From: Bacteroidales bacterium
Lineage (GTDB): Bacteria; Bacteroidota; Bacteroidia; Bacteroidales; UBA1556
Direction: 5' to 3'
DNA length: 56,658 nucleotides
Assembly: GCA_016937295.1 (NCBI GenBank)
Contig: JAFGWF010000143.1
Span: 1-56,658, forward strand
The notes beneath the pieces are model-generated. The model was not told where the DNA came from. It was given only the letters and a program-made list of their open reading frames with translations, and searched no databases. Below are positions 54,778 through 56,658 of this stretch, piece after piece. The translations under genes and the position numbers were made by a program. Within the stretch, counting starts at the first letter, position 1; each line of letters opens with the position of its first letter.

Positions 54778-55170
54778 TTATTTTATAGAAGGAAGTTTGA
54801 GTTTAGCGGCTTTGACAGCTTCTTCCTCAACTCCTAATTTGTTACGAACTTTATTATAAAGCTCATACTCTTTAGTGTGGATGTTTCCATCTGCAATCAT
54901 CACTAAGTCCATCCAAGCAAGGGCAGTCACTTTTTGATCGAGAGAGGCGTGCTGCATGATGCTTAAAACCGTATTTAGCTGGTCGTCGGCAGATCCCAAA
55001 TCAGAATTGATAAAACTATCGAAGTCATCTTCACCAATATTTTCATGTTCACGCATGAGCTTCATGGTTTTCCATTCAGGATCGTTTGGGTCAAAATTCT
55101 TTGCTCCATCAGCACCGGACATAAGCCAGTACAAGTATAACAAGCCGGATTTGTAGTTTAATTTTCCCAT
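54778..55170 (-). CDS. small cytoplasmic protein, TerB-like fold suspected
   Basis: 130 aa. Two ADG-containing helices (YWLMSGADGAK..., LVMIADGNIHTKEYELY) recall TerB/DjlA-N domains. This is a weak assignment. Confidence 0.4.
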   Translation of the reverse strand: MGKLNYKSGLLYLYWLMSGADGAKNFDPNDPEWKTMKLMREHENIGEDDFDSFINSDLGSADDQLNTVLSIMQHASLDQKVTALAWMDLVMIADGNIHTKEYELYNKVRNKLGVEEEAVKAAKLKLPSIK

Positions 55171-55218
55171 AGTTATTATGTATTTGCTTAAAATAATTTA
55201 GCGGTTATAAGATAGTGC

Positions 55219-55226
55219 CAAATGTA
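55219..55226 (-). promoter_or_regulatory. -7 promoter box TACATTTG upstream of the TerB-like gene
   Basis: The plus strand reads CAAATGTA, 49 nt upstream of the ATG at 55170. Confidence 0.4.
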
Positions 55227-55271
55227 AAATATTTTTTTAATTACCAAACAAAAAGGTTTATTTTTACCAAA

Positions 55272-55279
55272 TAATTTTG
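55272..55279 (+). promoter_or_regulatory. -7 promoter box TAATTTTG upstream of the RCK potassium channel gene
   Basis: Exact TAnnTTTG match 25 nt upstream of the TTG start at 55305. Confidence 0.45.
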
Positions 55280-55304
55280 TTAAACGATAAACAACCTTTA
55301 CAAA

Positions 55305-56381
55305 TTGGATTTCAAACACAGAAATTATATTATCATAAGTGCAGCAATAATACTGGCATTGATAGTGTCAGGCACGCTGTTTTTTTATTTTGAAAACACC
55401 GGAGGAAACCAAAACGTTAATAGTATTGGCGATGCTTTTTGGTATTTAATTGTTACTATTACTTCCGTTGGTTATGGCGATATCACTCCGGTAACTCAAG
55501 GAGGAAGAGTAATTGGCACTATACTCGTCTTGTCGAGCATGGTAATTTTGGGCGTATTAATAAGTAGTATCACATCAAATATTATCCGAATGATTGAAGA
55601 GAAAAAATTAGGCTATCGCGGAACAAACTTCAACAACCATATCATTTGTATTGGATGGAATGAATTCAGTAAAATGGTAATATTTGAAGTTTTGGCAGCA
55701 AATCGCAAAGTGGCGATAATAACCGACAACAAGAAGGATATCGAGTTCATTTACAGTGAATTTGGAAATGAAAACATCTATGTTCTTTATTCCGAACTGC
55801 ATAATTTAGAGTCGATTAACCGAGCGAATCCGGAAAAAGCATCCGATGTATTTCTAAGTTTCCACGACGACACCGAATCTTTGATATATGTAATCAATTT
55901 CCGGAATCAGTATCCACAACCTAATATAGTTGTGACTATTTCGAATCACAAATTAAAAGAAACCTTTTACACCGCCGGAGTAAGACATGTGGTTGCAAGA
56001 AACGAAATTGCATCGAAATTAGTTGCCAGCTATGTTTTTGAGCCTGACGTAGCCGAGTTGAATATCGACCTGTTAAGCTCCGCAAGCGACGACGAAGACT
56101 TTGACAATCAACAATATATTGTAACTGAGAAAAATCCCTATCTTAACAAAAACTATGATGATGCTTATGTGGCTTTAAAGATAAAATACAATATTGTGCT
56201 TTTGGGAATAGTAAAACGAATTGAAGGTAAACCACAATTACACATCAATGCCCGAAGCGACACCATTATTGAATTAAACGATTATTTAATAATCATGGTT
56301 GGCGGTAAAATGAAGGCAAGAGTTGAAAAGATTTTTGGCGTTCATGAAGGTAAAATCAATCATCAACTTACTGCCCCATAA
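55305..56381 (+). CDS. 2TM potassium channel with cytoplasmic RCK/TrkA-type domains (MthK-like)
   Basis: 358 aa with a TTG start. The pore is AFWYLIVTITSVGYGDITP between two TM helices. An RCK N-domain (HIICIGWNEFSKMVI...) and a TrkA-C-like end (LIIMVGGKM) follow. Confidence 0.8.
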   Translation: MDFKHRNYIIISAAIILALIVSGTLFFYFENTGGNQNVNSIGDAFWYLIVTITSVGYGDITPVTQGGRVIGTILVLSSMVILGVLISSITSNIIRMIEEKKLGYRGTNFNNHIICIGWNEFSKMVIFEVLAANRKVAIITDNKKDIEFIYSEFGNENIYVLYSELHNLESINRANPEKASDVFLSFHDDTESLIYVINFRNQYPQPNIVVTISNHKLKETFYTAGVRHVVARNEIASKLVASYVFEPDVAELNIDLLSSASDDEDFDNQQYIVTEKNPYLNKNYDDAYVALKIKYNIVLLGIVKRIEGKPQLHINARSDTIIELNDYLIIMVGGKMKARVEKIFGVHEGKINHQLTAP

Positions 56382-56441
56382 TAAAATTTGATTGTTTTTG
56401 GTAATTGCTAAAAATTTTGTTCATTTAAAATGATTTTACTA

Positions 56442-56449
56442 TACATTTG
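56442..56449 (+). promoter_or_regulatory. -7 promoter box TACATTTG upstream of the last, partial gene
   Basis: Exact TAnnTTTG match 45 nt upstream of the ATG at 56495. Confidence 0.4.
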
Positions 56450-56494
56450 TTAACTCTATTAGTTTTGACATTAACACTTAATAATAATAGCATT

Positions 56495-56658
56495 ATGAAA
56501 CTGAAATTTACACTACTTGTAACGATGATTTTCGGCTTAATGAGCCTTGTCACCAATCCCGCAATGGCTCAAGACGAGCCTGCACAGCCGGAAACTGCTT
56601 CTGGTCCAAAATTAAAAATCGTGAGTGGTTTTAAGGGTGGTAGCTATTACCAAATGGC
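56495..56658 (+). CDS. secreted protein, N-terminal fragment, possibly a TAXI/solute-binding-type protein; runs off the window
   Basis: Hand translation gives MKLKFTLLVTMIFGLMSLVTNPAMAQDEPAQPETASGPKLKIVSGFKGGSYYQM..., a clear signal peptide. The G-x-x-GG-x-YY segment only hints at a family. Confidence 0.35.
   Translation, partial: MKLKFTLLVTMIFGLMSLVTNPAMAQDEPAQPETASGPKLKIVSGFKGGSYYQM

Noticed and set aside
1-56658. Search for rRNA, tRNA, CRISPR arrays, IS elements, transposases, integrases, phage genes or defence-system hallmarks such as reverse transcriptases, STAND/AAA ATPases, TIR/SIR2 domains and restriction-modification genes
   Set aside because: None seen. All intergenic spacers are AT-rich and lack cloverleaf-type GC stems or regularly spaced direct repeats. 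No ORF translation shows DDE, tyrosine-recombinase or serine-recombinase motifs. The only nuclease-like gene (8218-9630) stands alone.

Overview
AT-rich chromosomal segment (no GC figure computed), almost certainly from a Bacteroidota genome and Flavobacteriia-like. The evidence is three type IX secretion (T9SS) C-terminal sorting domains, a PorP/SprF gene, the syntenic blocks bamD-rpoZ-coaBC-DUF4835 and parA-parB-DUF5683-dapB-lepB, no Shine-Dalgarno sequences, and many TAnnTTTG (-7) promoter boxes just upstream of gene starts. I call about 46 protein genes. Most are housekeeping: ung, coaBC, rpoZ, bamD, ilvE, aroQ, hutI, ftcD, prmC, pepC, dapB, lepB and parAB.

The accessory content is:
- A T9SS type-B adhesin, PorP/SprF and TPR-PD40-OmpA operon (33.8-41.1 kb).
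- Two type-A T9SS cargo proteins: a BNR beta-propeller protein and a C10 protease with two CUB domains.
- Two tandem sensor kinases with no output regulator nearby.
- Two K+ channels.
- A stand-alone Cas4-like DUF2779 nuclease.

I found no rRNA, tRNA, CRISPR array, transposase, integrase or prophage genes, and no defence-island hallmarks, so I cannot point to a clear new multi-gene system.

The best unexplained signal is an orphan promoter plus intrinsic terminator on the minus strand at 33241-33487. It brackets about 200 nt of hairpin-rich, ORF-free sequence inside the largest intergenic gap, so it is a candidate small RNA. The other leads are weaker and are scored that way:
- A C7 tract early in the adhesin gene.
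- A zinc ribbon fused to a Kv-type channel.
- A degenerate receiver domain on the giant kinase.
- An unannotated 49-aa lipoprotein gene.
- Several palindromes in leader regions.

All calls come from reading the sequence and the ORF translations. No database search was run.
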